A stretch of 59,873 nucleotides of DNA from Deltaproteobacteria bacterium (GTDB lineage: Bacteria > Myxococcota_A > UBA9042 > PHBI01), in contig JAEUKJ010000541.1 in NCBI GenBank assembly GCA_016792665.1, positions 1 through 59,873 of the forward strand, written 5' to 3'. Both the position numbers and the translations under genes were made by a program. Below, one piece after another: positions 15,958 through 25,605 of the stretch. The notes below the pieces were generated by a model. It had not been told where the DNA came from and made no database searches. It was given only the letters and a program-made list of their open reading frames with translations. Every line of letters starts with the position of its first letter. Position 1 is the stretch's first letter.

Positions 15958-17806
15958 CCTTGTACTTGTAGAAGTGGGCGCGCACGCCGAAGCCGAAGGC
16001 CGCAAAGCCCATGAGGCCGGCGAAGACCCAGAAGAAGGCCGCGGGGTCGAGACCCTCGAAGCCGGCCAGCGCCGCGACCAGCACGTTGCCGACCGCGACG
16101 GTCAGGAGCCAGAAGCCCATGATGACCGACTTCATGCGCTTGGGCGCCTGGCTGTAGCCGAACTCGAGGCCGGTGATCGAGACCATCACCTCGGCGATGG
16201 TGATGATGAGGTAGGGGATGAGCTGCCAGAGGACGTGGACCTTGGTGTCGCTGGCGTCGATGGCGTGCTGGAGGAGGGCCACCGCGACGAAGGACAGCGC
16301 CGTCACGAACATGCCGATGGTCATGCGGCGGAGCGGGTGCGGGTCGAAGCCGAGCTTCGCCATGAGCGGGTAGAGGCCCTTGCTGGTGATGGGGATGAGG
16401 ATCATCACGAGGAAGGGGTTCGAGGCGGGGATCTGCGAAGCGTCGAGCGTGAGCGTGGCGATGGACTCGCCCTCCTTCTTCAGGGCGAAGAAGGCGAGGA
16501 GGCCGAGCCCGATGCCGGCGGCGAGGCCGATCACCGAGGCGATGACGCGCTTTTCCTTGTTGTCGATCGAGAGCCAGAGCCCGAGCGCGATGAGCAGGCC
16601 GATCGCGAGGCCGGTGACGGACCAGCCGACGATGCCGAAGCTGAAGGTCCGGTCCATCTCCTGGGCCTGTGCGATCCAGGTCGAGCTGTGCTGATCGAAG
16701 AGCGCCCAGAAGACGCTGACCAGCCCGAACACGCTGACCACCCGCAGCACCGCGCGCGCCGACTCGCCCGCCTCGGGGCCGAAGCGATCCTCGGCCGGGG
16801 CGAAGAAGCCGCGGCCTTTGGACTTGGACTTGATGCCGAAGAGGGACGGGAAGGCGGCCATCAAGAACGTCACGAGGAAGCCACCTTCGTCGAGGGCGAT
16901 GCGCTGGCGCACGATGAAGAGGGCGAGGAAGCCGGCGAAGAAGCCGAGGCAGATGACGACGGTCCAGAGCGTGTTGGTCCCGAGGAGCTCGTTGAAGTGG
17001 AAGAGCGGATAGCCCACCACCATGAAGAGGCTCGTGCCGGACAAGACGTCGAGCAGCGCGACCTTGCCGCCGGGGCGCGGCGGGACCTGCACGAAGTCCT
17101 TGCGGCCGGCCCAGAAGGCGATGGTGGCGAGCCCCATCAAGATGCCGGGGACGGCGAAGGCGAGGCTCACGTTGCCGTCGTAGCTGTAGTGTCCGGTGAC
17201 CGGGTCGATGATGTGGGCGCCACGGATGGCCGGAATGAAGATGGTCGCGAAGGCCGAGCCGAAGTTGATGATGAAGTAGAAGGCGCTGTAGACGTTCTTC
17301 AGGAGGTGCCAGTTGCCGCGGCCGAACTGGTCACCGACGTTGGCCGACACGCACGGCTTGATGCCGCCCGAGCCGATGGCGATGAGGGCCAGGCCGATGG
17401 AGAGACCCATCTGGGGGTCGACCAGCACCGTGCCGAAGAGGTCTTGCTGGAAGGACGGGCTCTCGAAGAGGGCGAGCGCCGCGTGCCCCATGCAGTAGAC
17501 GATCGAGAGCCAGAAGATCGTGCGGTACTTGCCGAGGAGCCGGTCGGCGATCATCGCGCCGATCATCGGCAGCGCGTACACGGCCGCCCCGAAGAGGTGG
17601 TAGGCCGCCTTGCCCTCGGCCTCGGCCATCTTCGGGGCCATGCCGCCGAGGTTGATGTAGAGGCCGACGATGTACACGTACAGGATGGCCCGCATCCCGT
17701 AGAAGCTGAAGCGCTCGGCCCCCTCGTTCATGATGATCCACGGGACCCCCTTGGGGTAGGTCGTCAGCGTGTGATCGGGCTCGGTGCGCGCTTTATACTT
17801 GGCCAT
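15944..17806 (-). CDS. Proton-dependent oligopeptide transporter (POT/PTR2 family)
   Basis: Internal ATG 17806 of ORF 15944..17902 (MAKYKARTEPDH..). The PTR2 signature is NEGAERFSFYGMRAIL. About 14 hydrophobic segments. Confidence 0.9.
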   Translation of the reverse strand: MAKYKARTEPDHTLTTYPKGVPWIIMNEGAERFSFYGMRAILYVYIVGLYINLGGMAPKMAEAEGKAAYHLFGAAVYALPMIGAMIADRLLGKYRTIFWLSIVYCMGHAALALFESPSFQQDLFGTVLVDPQMGLSIGLALIAIGSGGIKPCVSANVGDQFGRGNWHLLKNVYSAFYFIINFGSAFATIFIPAIRGAHIIDPVTGHYSYDGNVSLAFAVPGILMGLATIAFWAGRKDFVQVPPRPGGKVALLDVLSGTSLFMVVGYPLFHFNELLGTNTLWTVVICLGFFAGFLALFIVRQRIALDEGGFLVTFLMAAFPSLFGIKSKSKGRGFFAPAEDRFGPEAGESARAVLRVVSVFGLVSVFWALFDQHSSTWIAQAQEMDRTFSFGIVGWSVTGLAIGLLIALGLWLSIDNKEKRVIASVIGLAAGIGLGLLAFFALKKEGESIATLTLDASQIPASNPFLVMILIPITSKGLYPLMAKLGFDPHPLRRMTIGMFVTALSFVAVALLQHAIDASDTKVHVLWQLIPYLIITIAEVMVSITGLEFGYSQAPKRMKSVIMGFWLLTVAVGNVLVAALAGFEGLDPAAFFWVFAGLMGFAAFGFGVRAHFYKYKDVTQ

Positions 17807-18099
17807 GCGTGATCGGGCTCCTCGGAGGGTCGCGAGAATCGCGGGTCGTCGTGCATAACCGGCAGGTCGACCTCTTGCCAAGCCCAGGGCGCCGCTTCCC
17901 ATATTCCGGTCGCCCCATCGCGCGCCGACCTAACACCGATCCGACACCCGGCCCCGCCTCGGCCCCGTGCCGCCGTGCCCCTGAACGCGATCGCTTCGCG
18001 CGCGGGCGGCAACTCACGGGTTCGTCTTCCCAACCGTCCGACGATTTGGTTAACCTCCCGGATACCCTTGCGGGCCCCCAGCTCTCCGGAGTCAGCTCC

Positions 18100-21000
18100 A
18101 TGCGCCGTCACGCGTCCCTCGCGGTCCCCCTCGCGACCGTCCTCTCGCTCTGGTCCTGCTCGTCCGACGACGGCAAGGGCGACGCCTCGTCCACGGGCGA
18201 CACCGGCGACGTCTTCTTCCCCGACACGGCCGCACCCGACAGCTCCGGCGACACGCAGATCGACACGCACGCCGACACGAACGTCGACCCGACCGACACG
18301 AGCATCGCCCCGAGCGACACGAACCCCGACGCGATCGGGTGTCGCACCTTCGGGTGTGCCTGCGCGAGCAACGCCGACTGCCTCGACGAGCTGTGCGTCG
18401 ACGGCCCCGACGGCAAGGTCTGTAGCAGCCCCTGCGTCACCGAGTGCCCGCAGGCCGACTACGCGTGTCTGCCCATCGTGGTCGGCGGCGACCCCTTCAA
18501 CGCCTGCGTCCCGCAGCACCCGAACCTCTGCAAGCCGTGCCGTGCCGACGCCGACTGCAAGAACGCCCTCCAGCCCGCGGCGACAGCCCTCTGCCTGCCC
18601 GCCCCGAACCCCGACGACGGCCGCTTCTGCGCGAGCTCGTGCGCCAACAACGTCCCGTGCCCGGACGGCTTCACCTGCGGCGACGTCGCCCTCGAAGGTG
18701 GCGGCACCGCGCGACAGTGCCTGCCGACCGACGGGTCCTGCGAGTGCCGCCCGGCCTGGGCCGGCATGAACCTCGTGACCGACTGCGCGCGCGCCGCCGC
18801 CTCGGGCACGTGTCACGGCGAGCGCACCTGCGGCCCCGGCGGCCTCACCGCGTGCGACGCCCCGCCGGCCGCGCCCGAGACCTGCGATGGGCAGGACAAC
18901 GACTGCAACGGCCTCACCGACGACGTCGTCCCGACCGCGTGCCAGGTCGACAACGGCCTCGGCACCTGCCCCGGCCAGACCGCCTGCCTGGGCGGCGCCC
19001 CGACCTGCGTGGGCGCACCCGCCGCGGCCGAGGCCTGCAACCTCGTCGACGATGACTGCGACGGGACGACCGACGAAGGGACCTGCGGCGATGGCCTCGC
19101 CTGCACCGACGACCGCTGTGTCGGGCTCGACGCCTGCGAGCACCCGATTCACGGCGGCTTCTGCGTCATCGGCGGCGCGTGCATCGCCGAGAACACGCCG
19201 AACCCGATCTTCCCATGCCAGCGCTGCGTGCCGGCCGTCTCGCAGACGAGCTGGACCGGCAGCGGGGACGGGCCCTCGTGCTACATCGGCGGCGAGTGCT
19301 GGCCGGCCAACGCGGGCAAGCCCGACGAGCCGTGCCTGCGCTGCCGCCCCGACGTGTCCACGACGACCTGGTCGCCCGCGGCCACTGCCGATCAGGTGCC
19401 CTGCGACGACGGCCTCGCGTGCACCAAGGGCGACCGCTGCAACGGCGGGAGCTGCATCGGCACGGCGTACACGTGCGGCGACGACAAGGCCTGCACCGAC
19501 GACGTCTGCGACGGGGCCGGCGGCTGCGCCTACCCCATCAAGAACGGCCAGTGCCTCATCGACGCGACCTGCTATGCGGCCGGTCAGCGCCCCGATCAGA
19601 CGACCTGCCGCGCCTGCGACCCGGCGCTCCCGACCCAGTGGTCGCCGCCGTCCAACGCCCAGCGCAACGCATGCAACGACGACAACGTGTGCACCTCGGG
19701 CGACAGCTGCAATGGCTTTGTCTGCGCCGGGCAGGCCTACTCGTGCGACGACCAGCGCGCCTGCACCCTGGACGCATGCACCGGCACGGGCGGCTGCACC
19801 AACGCGCTCCAGCCGGGCTTCTGCCTCATCGATGGGGCCTGCTACGCCAACGGCGCCGCGAACCCGTCGAACCCCTGCCTCGTCTGCAACGCCAATGTCG
19901 TCCAGACCGGCTGGTCGCTGGCCCCGGTCAACACCGCGTGCGACGACGGCAGCGCCTGCACCACCAACGACAAGTGCGCCTTCGGCTCGTGCTTCGGGAC
20001 GGCGTACTCGTGTGCCGGGCTCGGGTGCTGCGTGGGCGATGGGACGTGCACGACGGTCGCCCCGGCGGGCGCGGTCGAGGACTGCTCGAACCTGGAAGAC
20101 GACGACTGCGACGGCATCACTGACGAGGGCACGCCCGAGCAGTGCGGCGACGTGGTCGACAACGACTGCGACGGGCGCACCGACGAGTCGGGCAACACCT
20201 GGGGCGAGGTCTTCTTCGCGCGGCCCTACAACGAGAACGGCGCCGTGCGCATCGCGATCTACACGAGCCGCGGCGACTCGACCTTCGCGGCCCCGAAGAT
20301 CGTGCAGATGCCCGATGACCGGGTCTACAGCATCGCGGCCATCGGCGACTTCGACGACGACCGCTTCCTGGACCTCATCGTCACCTCGCCGCGCGTCGGC
20401 ACCCACACGCGCTGCACCACCAACGCGCAGTGCACGGGCGGGCAGACGTGCTCGGCCGGGATCTGCCTGACCTCGTGCTCGGCGCCTGCGGGCGACGGGT
20501 GCCCGGCGTCCGTCTCGGTGAAGACGGGCGCGTGCCCGGCCGGTGACGAGTGCTTCGACCAGAACCAATACAACGACACGCCGGGCGACATGTGCCTGCC
20601 GTCGACGCAGGTCTACCTCGTGCGCGAGCGCTGCCCCGACGGCGCGACCGAGCTGGTCGAGCTCGGCACGCTGAAGCCCGGTGGTGTCATCGAGTACCCG
20701 CTCTTGCGGCCGGGTGAGGGCATCCAGGCGATGGTCGATGCCAACAACGACGGCCAGCTCGACATCGTGGTGCGCTCGAACTGGGAGCTCAACACCGGCG
20801 CGACGCTCATCAACCAGGGGGCGGGCACGACCTTCTCGCGCGTCGACAACACCATCAAGCCGCGCCTCTGCTGCGGCTGGGTCAACTCGCTGTCGGGCAC
20901 GCCCAAGGACGTCGACGGCGATGGCATCGTCGACATGATCGGCTGGTGCAACCCCAACGGCGGCACGACCCCCGCGCAGTTCTCGTGGTGGAAGGGGCTC

Positions 21001-22116
21001 GGCGATGGGCGCTTCGGTGTCGACGCCAACAACGCCTTCACCGGCCTCCCGACCTCGCTCGGGGCGACCGCGGCGGCCCCGGCCTCGCTCATGACGACGG
21101 CCGACTTCGACGGCGACGGTGACATCGACATCGTCAACGGGCTCGACGACGACGGCAACCCGGGAGCGGTCTCGATCCTCGTCAACCGCGGTAGCGGCGG
21201 AACGCTGGCGTGGGCCAACCCCTACGTCATCTACGACGTCACGCCGCTCATCACGAGCGGCTCGGACAGCCCTGGCACCGGCAACGGGACCTCGTTCGAC
21301 TGGGACCGCGATGGCTTCCCCGACCTCTTGCTGGGGTGGACCCCCGAGGGCGTGTGCGCGGTCGGCACCGGCTTCACCTGCGCGTACAAAGAGGTCGCCG
21401 TCATCCGCAACCTGACCGACGACCCGTGCGGCCACGACATGACCTGCTCGGCGCAGAGCACGTGCGTCGCGTGCAGCGCGAGCTGCGACGACAAGAGCTG
21501 CGGCGACGACGGCTGCGGTGGGAGCTGCGGGCGCTGCCCACCGGCCGAGACCTGCCAGTCGGGTCGCTGCATCGCCAAGCTGGACTGCACGCCGCAGTGC
21601 ACCGGCAAGGTCTGTGGCGACAACGGCTGCGGTGGGATCTGCGGGCGCTGCCCCGCCGGTCAGGCCTGCGACGGCGGGGCGTGCAAGGCCAACTGCGTGC
21701 CGTCGTGCACGCTCGCCAACGGGCAGCCCAAGCCGTGTGGGCCGGACGGATGCGGCGGGCAGTGCGCGGTCTTTGGCGACAAGAAGCGCGTCGTCCAGGA
21801 CCAGAACCAGAGCGGCTATGTCGTCGCGCCGTCCAACGCGCCGCCGCGCCTCGACTCGGCCCAGCTCCTGCCGACCCAGCCGCGCGTCAGCGACTCGCTG
21901 TCCTGCAGCCCGGGCCTGGTCTATGACCTCGATCGCGTCGAGCTCCACTACGACTGGTACCTGAACGGCGCCTTCTTCGCGGGTGCGGGCGATGTGCCCG
22001 TGCTGGATGCGCGGCACACGAAGGTCGGCGAGCAGTGGCACTGCATCATCCGCGCGACCGATGGCACCGAGTGGTCCATCCCGCGGCGCAGCCCGACCCG
22101 GACCATCACCAACTGA
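18100..22116 (+). CDS. Giant (1338 aa) multi-domain cysteine-rich / FG-GAP repeat lipoprotein
   Basis: Internal ATG 18100 of ORF 17809..22116 (MRRHASLAVPLATVLSLWSC lipobox).
- Cys-rich modules are present.
- CDGQDNDCNGLTDD-type motifs occur four times.
- FG-GAP/VCBS-like Ca-binding repeats are present: DFDDDRFLDLIV, DANNDGQLDIVV, DVDGDGIVDMIGW, DFDGDGDIDIV, DWDRDGFPDLLL.
- Three CGDDGCGGSCGxCP modules follow. Confidence 0.9.
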   Translation: MRRHASLAVPLATVLSLWSCSSDDGKGDASSTGDTGDVFFPDTAAPDSSGDTQIDTHADTNVDPTDTSIAPSDTNPDAIGCRTFGCACASNADCLDELCVDGPDGKVCSSPCVTECPQADYACLPIVVGGDPFNACVPQHPNLCKPCRADADCKNALQPAATALCLPAPNPDDGRFCASSCANNVPCPDGFTCGDVALEGGGTARQCLPTDGSCECRPAWAGMNLVTDCARAAASGTCHGERTCGPGGLTACDAPPAAPETCDGQDNDCNGLTDDVVPTACQVDNGLGTCPGQTACLGGAPTCVGAPAAAEACNLVDDDCDGTTDEGTCGDGLACTDDRCVGLDACEHPIHGGFCVIGGACIAENTPNPIFPCQRCVPAVSQTSWTGSGDGPSCYIGGECWPANAGKPDEPCLRCRPDVSTTTWSPAATADQVPCDDGLACTKGDRCNGGSCIGTAYTCGDDKACTDDVCDGAGGCAYPIKNGQCLIDATCYAAGQRPDQTTCRACDPALPTQWSPPSNAQRNACNDDNVCTSGDSCNGFVCAGQAYSCDDQRACTLDACTGTGGCTNALQPGFCLIDGACYANGAANPSNPCLVCNANVVQTGWSLAPVNTACDDGSACTTNDKCAFGSCFGTAYSCAGLGCCVGDGTCTTVAPAGAVEDCSNLEDDDCDGITDEGTPEQCGDVVDNDCDGRTDESGNTWGEVFFARPYNENGAVRIAIYTSRGDSTFAAPKIVQMPDDRVYSIAAIGDFDDDRFLDLIVTSPRVGTHTRCTTNAQCTGGQTCSAGICLTSCSAPAGDGCPASVSVKTGACPAGDECFDQNQYNDTPGDMCLPSTQVYLVRERCPDGATELVELGTLKPGGVIEYPLLRPGEGIQAMVDANNDGQLDIVVRSNWELNTGATLINQGAGTTFSRVDNTIKPRLCCGWVNSLSGTPKDVDGDGIVDMIGWCNPNGGTTPAQFSWWKGLGDGRFGVDANNAFTGLPTSLGATAAAPASLMTTADFDGDGDIDIVNGLDDDGNPGAVSILVNRGSGGTLAWANPYVIYDVTPLITSGSDSPGTGNGTSFDWDRDGFPDLLLGWTPEGVCAVGTGFTCAYKEVAVIRNLTDDPCGHDMTCSAQSTCVACSASCDDKSCGDDGCGGSCGRCPPAETCQSGRCIAKLDCTPQCTGKVCGDNGCGGICGRCPAGQACDGGACKANCVPSCTLANGQPKPCGPDGCGGQCAVFGDKKRVVQDQNQSGYVVAPSNAPPRLDSAQLLPTQPRVSDSLSCSPGLVYDLDRVELHYDWYLNGAFFAGAGDVPVLDARHTKVGEQWHCIIRATDGTEWSIPRRSPTRTITN

Positions 22117-22140
22117 TCGTCAGGGCAGCGACGGCGCGCC

Positions 22141-23409
22141 TCAGGTGAAGAGGGCCTGGGCGGCGAGCCGGCCCGAGCGGAGGGCGCCGTCGATCGAGCG
22201 GTCCGCGATGTGGTCGCCGGCGACCGCGAGGCCCGGCATCGGCAGCGCGAAGTCGGTCGGCTCGCGCTCGATGACGGGCAGGCCGCGCGCGATGGCGCGC
22301 ACCGCGATGAGGGTCCACGTCGTGTCGGGGAACCAGGCCCGGAGCTCGGCGCCGAGGGCGGGCTCCAGCGCCGGGTCGGCCACCCCGTCATGGCTCGCGA
22401 CGACGAGGCCGCGGCCTTCGGGCGCGAAGCCGGGGCCGAGGCTCGAGAGGGGGGCGAGGTGGTGGAGCGGCCCGAGTCCATCGCCGTCGAGGATGAGCAG
22501 GCGTTGGTCGAGTGGGGCGGGCAGGGGGCCCTGGCTGGCGTAGTAGCAGCTCGTCGTGGCGCGCCAGCGGGTGGTGGGGATGCTCTCGGGCAAGAGGCGG
22601 CTGGCCTCGTCGCCGTCGGTCGCGACGAGCACGCGGCCCGAGACGAGGCGGGCGCCGGTGTCGAGGATGACGTGGTTCTGACCGACCGACTGGACCTTCG
22701 TGCGGAGCACGATGCGGTCGGGGTCGAGGCCCGTGGCGAGCGCGGCGGGCAAGGCGCGCATGCCGCCGATGGGGATGGCGGCGTCGCCGCGGGAGAACGC
22801 GTCGAAGAGGCGCGCGGTGAAGGACCAGGGCGCGGCGAGCTCGCGGTCGAGGAGGACGCCACCCCAGAAGGGGACGAAGAAGCGGGCCAGGGCGCGCTCC
22901 GAGAAGCCGCGCGCGACGAGCTCGTCGCGGGTGGTGCGAGTGCTCTCGATGTTGCCGTTGCGGGCGTCGCGGCGCATGCGCATGAGCGCCATCGCCTCGC
23001 CCGGCGAAAAGACGTGGCGCCAGTCGAAGGTGAGGGCGCTCATCGGGCGCCGCCAGACATCGAGGGCGCGGTGGAAGCGCGTCTTGCTCCGGGTCGTGAC
23101 GCGGACGTTGGCGCCCGGCTCGAAGCGTCCGAGTGGCAGGGAGGAAAGGACGCCGCTCTCTTCGAGCTCCGGGTAGCTCGTCAGGAGGACCTGGAAGCCG
23201 CGGTCGATGACGAAGGGCTCGCCGGTCTCGGAGTCGGGGACGAGGTCCGTCCCGACGCGGCCGCCGAGGGTGTCCGAGCCTTCGAAGAGAAGCCAGTCCG
23301 CCCCGCGGGCGGCGGCGACGCGGGCGGCAGCGAGGCCGGCGAGACCGCCGCCGACGATGAGGAGGTCGAGCCCGCGGGGGACCTTGATGAGTGAGTCGAT
23401 CGTAGCCAT
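22141..23409 (-). CDS. NAD(P)/FAD-dependent oxidoreductase (amine-oxidase / desaturase superfamily)
   Basis: Internal ATG 23409 of ORF 22141..23550. The dinucleotide-binding motif is LLIVGGGLAGLAAARVAAARG..FEGSDTLGGR. Confidence 0.8.
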   Translation of the reverse strand: MATIDSLIKVPRGLDLLIVGGGLAGLAAARVAAARGADWLLFEGSDTLGGRVGTDLVPDSETGEPFVIDRGFQVLLTSYPELEESGVLSSLPLGRFEPGANVRVTTRSKTRFHRALDVWRRPMSALTFDWRHVFSPGEAMALMRMRRDARNGNIESTRTTRDELVARGFSERALARFFVPFWGGVLLDRELAAPWSFTARLFDAFSRGDAAIPIGGMRALPAALATGLDPDRIVLRTKVQSVGQNHVILDTGARLVSGRVLVATDGDEASRLLPESIPTTRWRATTSCYYASQGPLPAPLDQRLLILDGDGLGPLHHLAPLSSLGPGFAPEGRGLVVASHDGVADPALEPALGAELRAWFPDTTWTLIAVRAIARGLPVIEREPTDFALPMPGLAVAGDHIADRSIDGALRSGRLAAQALFT

Positions 23410-23657
23410 GGAAACAACCATAACAGGCAGCGGGTCCGACCCCTTGAACCGTCGGTCAAAGATACCGAGGTTCACAGGTGGACTCCGAAAATTTCCGGCT
23501 GATCGCCGGGCACGCGGTAACCGCCACCGCGAAACGTTCATAACGTTCATCGCTGCGGGTCACAAGGACGACTCGCTGGGGGACTTCTCACAGCTGTGAT
23601 GTCGCGCAATCGCGCGGGGGCCCCCCTTTGCCAAATGCCTGACTCAGGACGACCACG

Positions 23658-24212
23658 ATGAACCTCTTCAAGACCTCGCTCTTCGCTCTCGGCCTCTCCC
23701 TCGCCCCGGTCTCGACCGCCTTCGCCGGCGGGCCGGACACGTGCGGGTCCTCGTCGCCCATGGCCGCCGAGGGTGACCTCGTCGACGTGGCCGCCGGCTC
23801 GAAGGACTTCTCGACCCTCGTCGCCGCGGTGAAGGCCGCGGGCCTCGTCGAGACCCTGAAGGGCAAGGGCCCGTTCACGGTCTTCGCCCCGACCAACGCG
23901 GCCTTCGCCAAGCTCCCGGCGGGCACCGTCGAGGGGCTCCTGAAGCCCGAGGCCAAGGGCACGCTGACCGCCGTCCTGACCTACCACGTGGTCGCGGGCA
24001 AGGTGGACGCCAAGGCGCTCATCGGCCAGATCAAGGCCGGCAACGGCAAGGCCACCCTGACCACGGTGCAGGGCGGCAAGCTCGTGGCGTCGATCGTCGG
24101 GAACGACGTCGTGCTGACCGATGCCAAGCGCGGCACGGCCAAGGTCACCGCCACCGATCTCGCGGCGAAGAACGGCCTCATCCACGTCATCGACACGGTC
24201 GTCATGCCGTGA
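23658..24212 (+). CDS. Secreted fasciclin (FAS1) domain protein
   Basis: Signal peptide ..[11 protein letters not shown]1 motifs present: [28 protein letters not shown]. Confidence 0.9.
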   Translation: MNLFKTSLFALGLSLAPVSTAFAGGPDTCGSSSPMAAEGDLVDVAAGSKDFSTLVAAVKAAGLVETLKGKGPFTVFAPTNAAFAKLPAGTVEGLLKPEAKGTLTAVLTYHVVAGKVDAKALIGQIKAGNGKATLTTVQGGKLVASIVGNDVVLTDAKRGTAKVTATDLAAKNGLIHVIDTVVMP

Positions 24213-24220
24213 GCCACCGC

Positions 24221-24244
24221 CGCGAGGGGAAGTGACCTCTCGCG
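24221..24244. terminator. Candidate bidirectional hairpin between convergent genes
   Basis: cgcgagggg-aagtga-cctctcgcg (6+2 bp stem with one mismatch). It lies between the stop at 24212 (+) and the stop at 24259 (-). Confidence 0.3.
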
Positions 24245-24258
24245 GGCACGGGCGAGCG

Positions 24259-25605
24259 TCAGGGCCCCTGGCAACACGCGCTGAGGCAGCAGCCCTCGAG
24301 CGTGTAGGTGTCGTCGGCGGGCAGCGCGAAGACCCCGCTCGCCGCCCCGAGGTGGACCTCGATGGCGGGCACGGCCTGCCCACCGTCGTCGAGGGTGCGT
24401 GCCTTGAAGACCCCGTCCGTCGCGCCCGCGCACGTCACCGTGCCGGGCTCGGCGGGGGCGGTGCCGCAGCGATGGTGCGCGACGAAGGGCGCGAGGGCCG
24501 GCGAGCCCGCGGTCGCGGTGCCGATGTACGCGGTGCGGACACCGCTCTCGTCGGCGTCGAGGGCGTGGTTCGAACACAGCGCGCCCTGGTCCAACACCGG
24601 GACCGACCAGGTGATGACGGGGCGGACCTCGTCCGCGGGCGGGACGAGCCCGGGCCACAGCGTCGTCGCGGCCGCGCCGGTGGCGTCGAGCGTGCACGTG
24701 CGCCCGGCGAGCAGGGTCAGGTCGAGGCCGCCCGCGAGGTTCCAGTAGCACTTGTCGAAGGCCGTGCCGCCGATGGCCTCGTCCCCGCTGGTCTGCATCC
24801 ACTGCACGAGGCCGGGGCCGGGTGCACCCTGGTTGCCGTCGCGCGTGACGGTGGCGAGCGGCAGGGTCACCGGGGCGAGGCCGTCGCAGCGGAGGGTGAC
24901 GTCACTGAGGTAGAGGTAGCTCGGCTCGGCCTGGCCGTCGGCGCCCGTGCCCGAGGTGCAGGCGAAGCCGAGGACGAAGCTCGCGACGCGCTTGCCGGTG
25001 ACCGGGTCGAAGACCAGGCCGGGCGAGGGGCCGACGCAGTCGAGCTTGGCCGAGCAGAAGACGTCGTCGAAGGTCACCGCGACGTCGAAGAAGCCCTGGC
25101 GCGCGCGGCGCATGACGGTCAGGTCGAAGCCCACCGCGACGTCCGCGTTCTCGCGGCAGGCGACGGTCTGGCGGCACGGCCCGAAGCCGTCCCAGTTGGT
25201 GCCGCTCACGCCGCAGGGGTTGGTGTAGTCGTCCTCGGGGACGAGGTTGGCGGGCACGGCCTGGTCGGCGGTGTAGAGGCCGCTGAGGACCAGGGTCACG
25301 GTGTTGTCGTTGGTGGTGTCGCCGGGAGGGAGGCCGCGCGTGTCGGCGTCGCAGGGGCCGACCCAGCTCACCGCGCCGCGCCCGTCGCCGAACTGGTCGG
25401 CGCAGATCTGGTCGCGCGTCGTGACGACCTGGCCCTGTTGGTTCGTGACGGTGATCGCGTAGCAGGCGTTGGCGATGGCTGCCAAGGTGAGGGGGGCGAT
25501 GGTCACGGTCAGGGGATCGCGGGTGGCGTCGACCGGAGGCGCGGCGCTACTGCACGCGACGAGCTGGGACGCGACGAGGAGGCACGCAGCGAGGGGCTTC
25601 ATCAT
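24259..25605 (-). CDS. Cys-rich hypothetical lipoprotein
   Basis: Internal ATG 25605 of ORF 24259..25686 (MMKPLAACLLVASQLVAC lipobox). More than 20 Cys residues. The C-terminus is ..EGCCLSACCQGP. The start overlaps the upstream stop (ATGATGA). Confidence 0.8.
   Translation of the reverse strand: MMKPLAACLLVASQLVACSSAAPPVDATRDPLTVTIAPLTLAAIANACYAITVTNQQGQVVTTRDQICADQFGDGRGAVSWVGPCDADTRGLPPGDTTNDNTVTLVLSGLYTADQAVPANLVPEDDYTNPCGVSGTNWDGFGPCRQTVACRENADVAVGFDLTVMRRARQGFFDVAVTFDDVFCSAKLDCVGPSPGLVFDPVTGKRVASFVLGFACTSGTGADGQAEPSYLYLSDVTLRCDGLAPVTLPLATVTRDGNQGAPGPGLVQWMQTSGDEAIGGTAFDKCYWNLAGGLDLTLLAGRTCTLDATGAAATTLWPGLVPPADEVRPVITWSVPVLDQGALCSNHALDADESGVRTAYIGTATAGSPALAPFVAHHRCGTAPAEPGTVTCAGATDGVFKARTLDDGGQAVPAIEVHLGAASGVFALPADDTYTLEGCCLSACCQGP

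Noticed and set aside
17764-22041. Very long antisense ORFs. Examples are the 1425-aa minus-strand ORF opposite the giant lipoprotein gene, plus 36..1424(+), 12772..14262(+), 15938..17812(+), 33074..36454(-), 37589..39724(+), 41721..45395(+) and 49645..52860(-).
   Set aside because: They are Arg/Gly/Ala/Pro-rich and carry no motifs. They lie exactly opposite ORFs that have clear domain motifs and high GC3. Long stop-free antisense frames are expected at this GC content.
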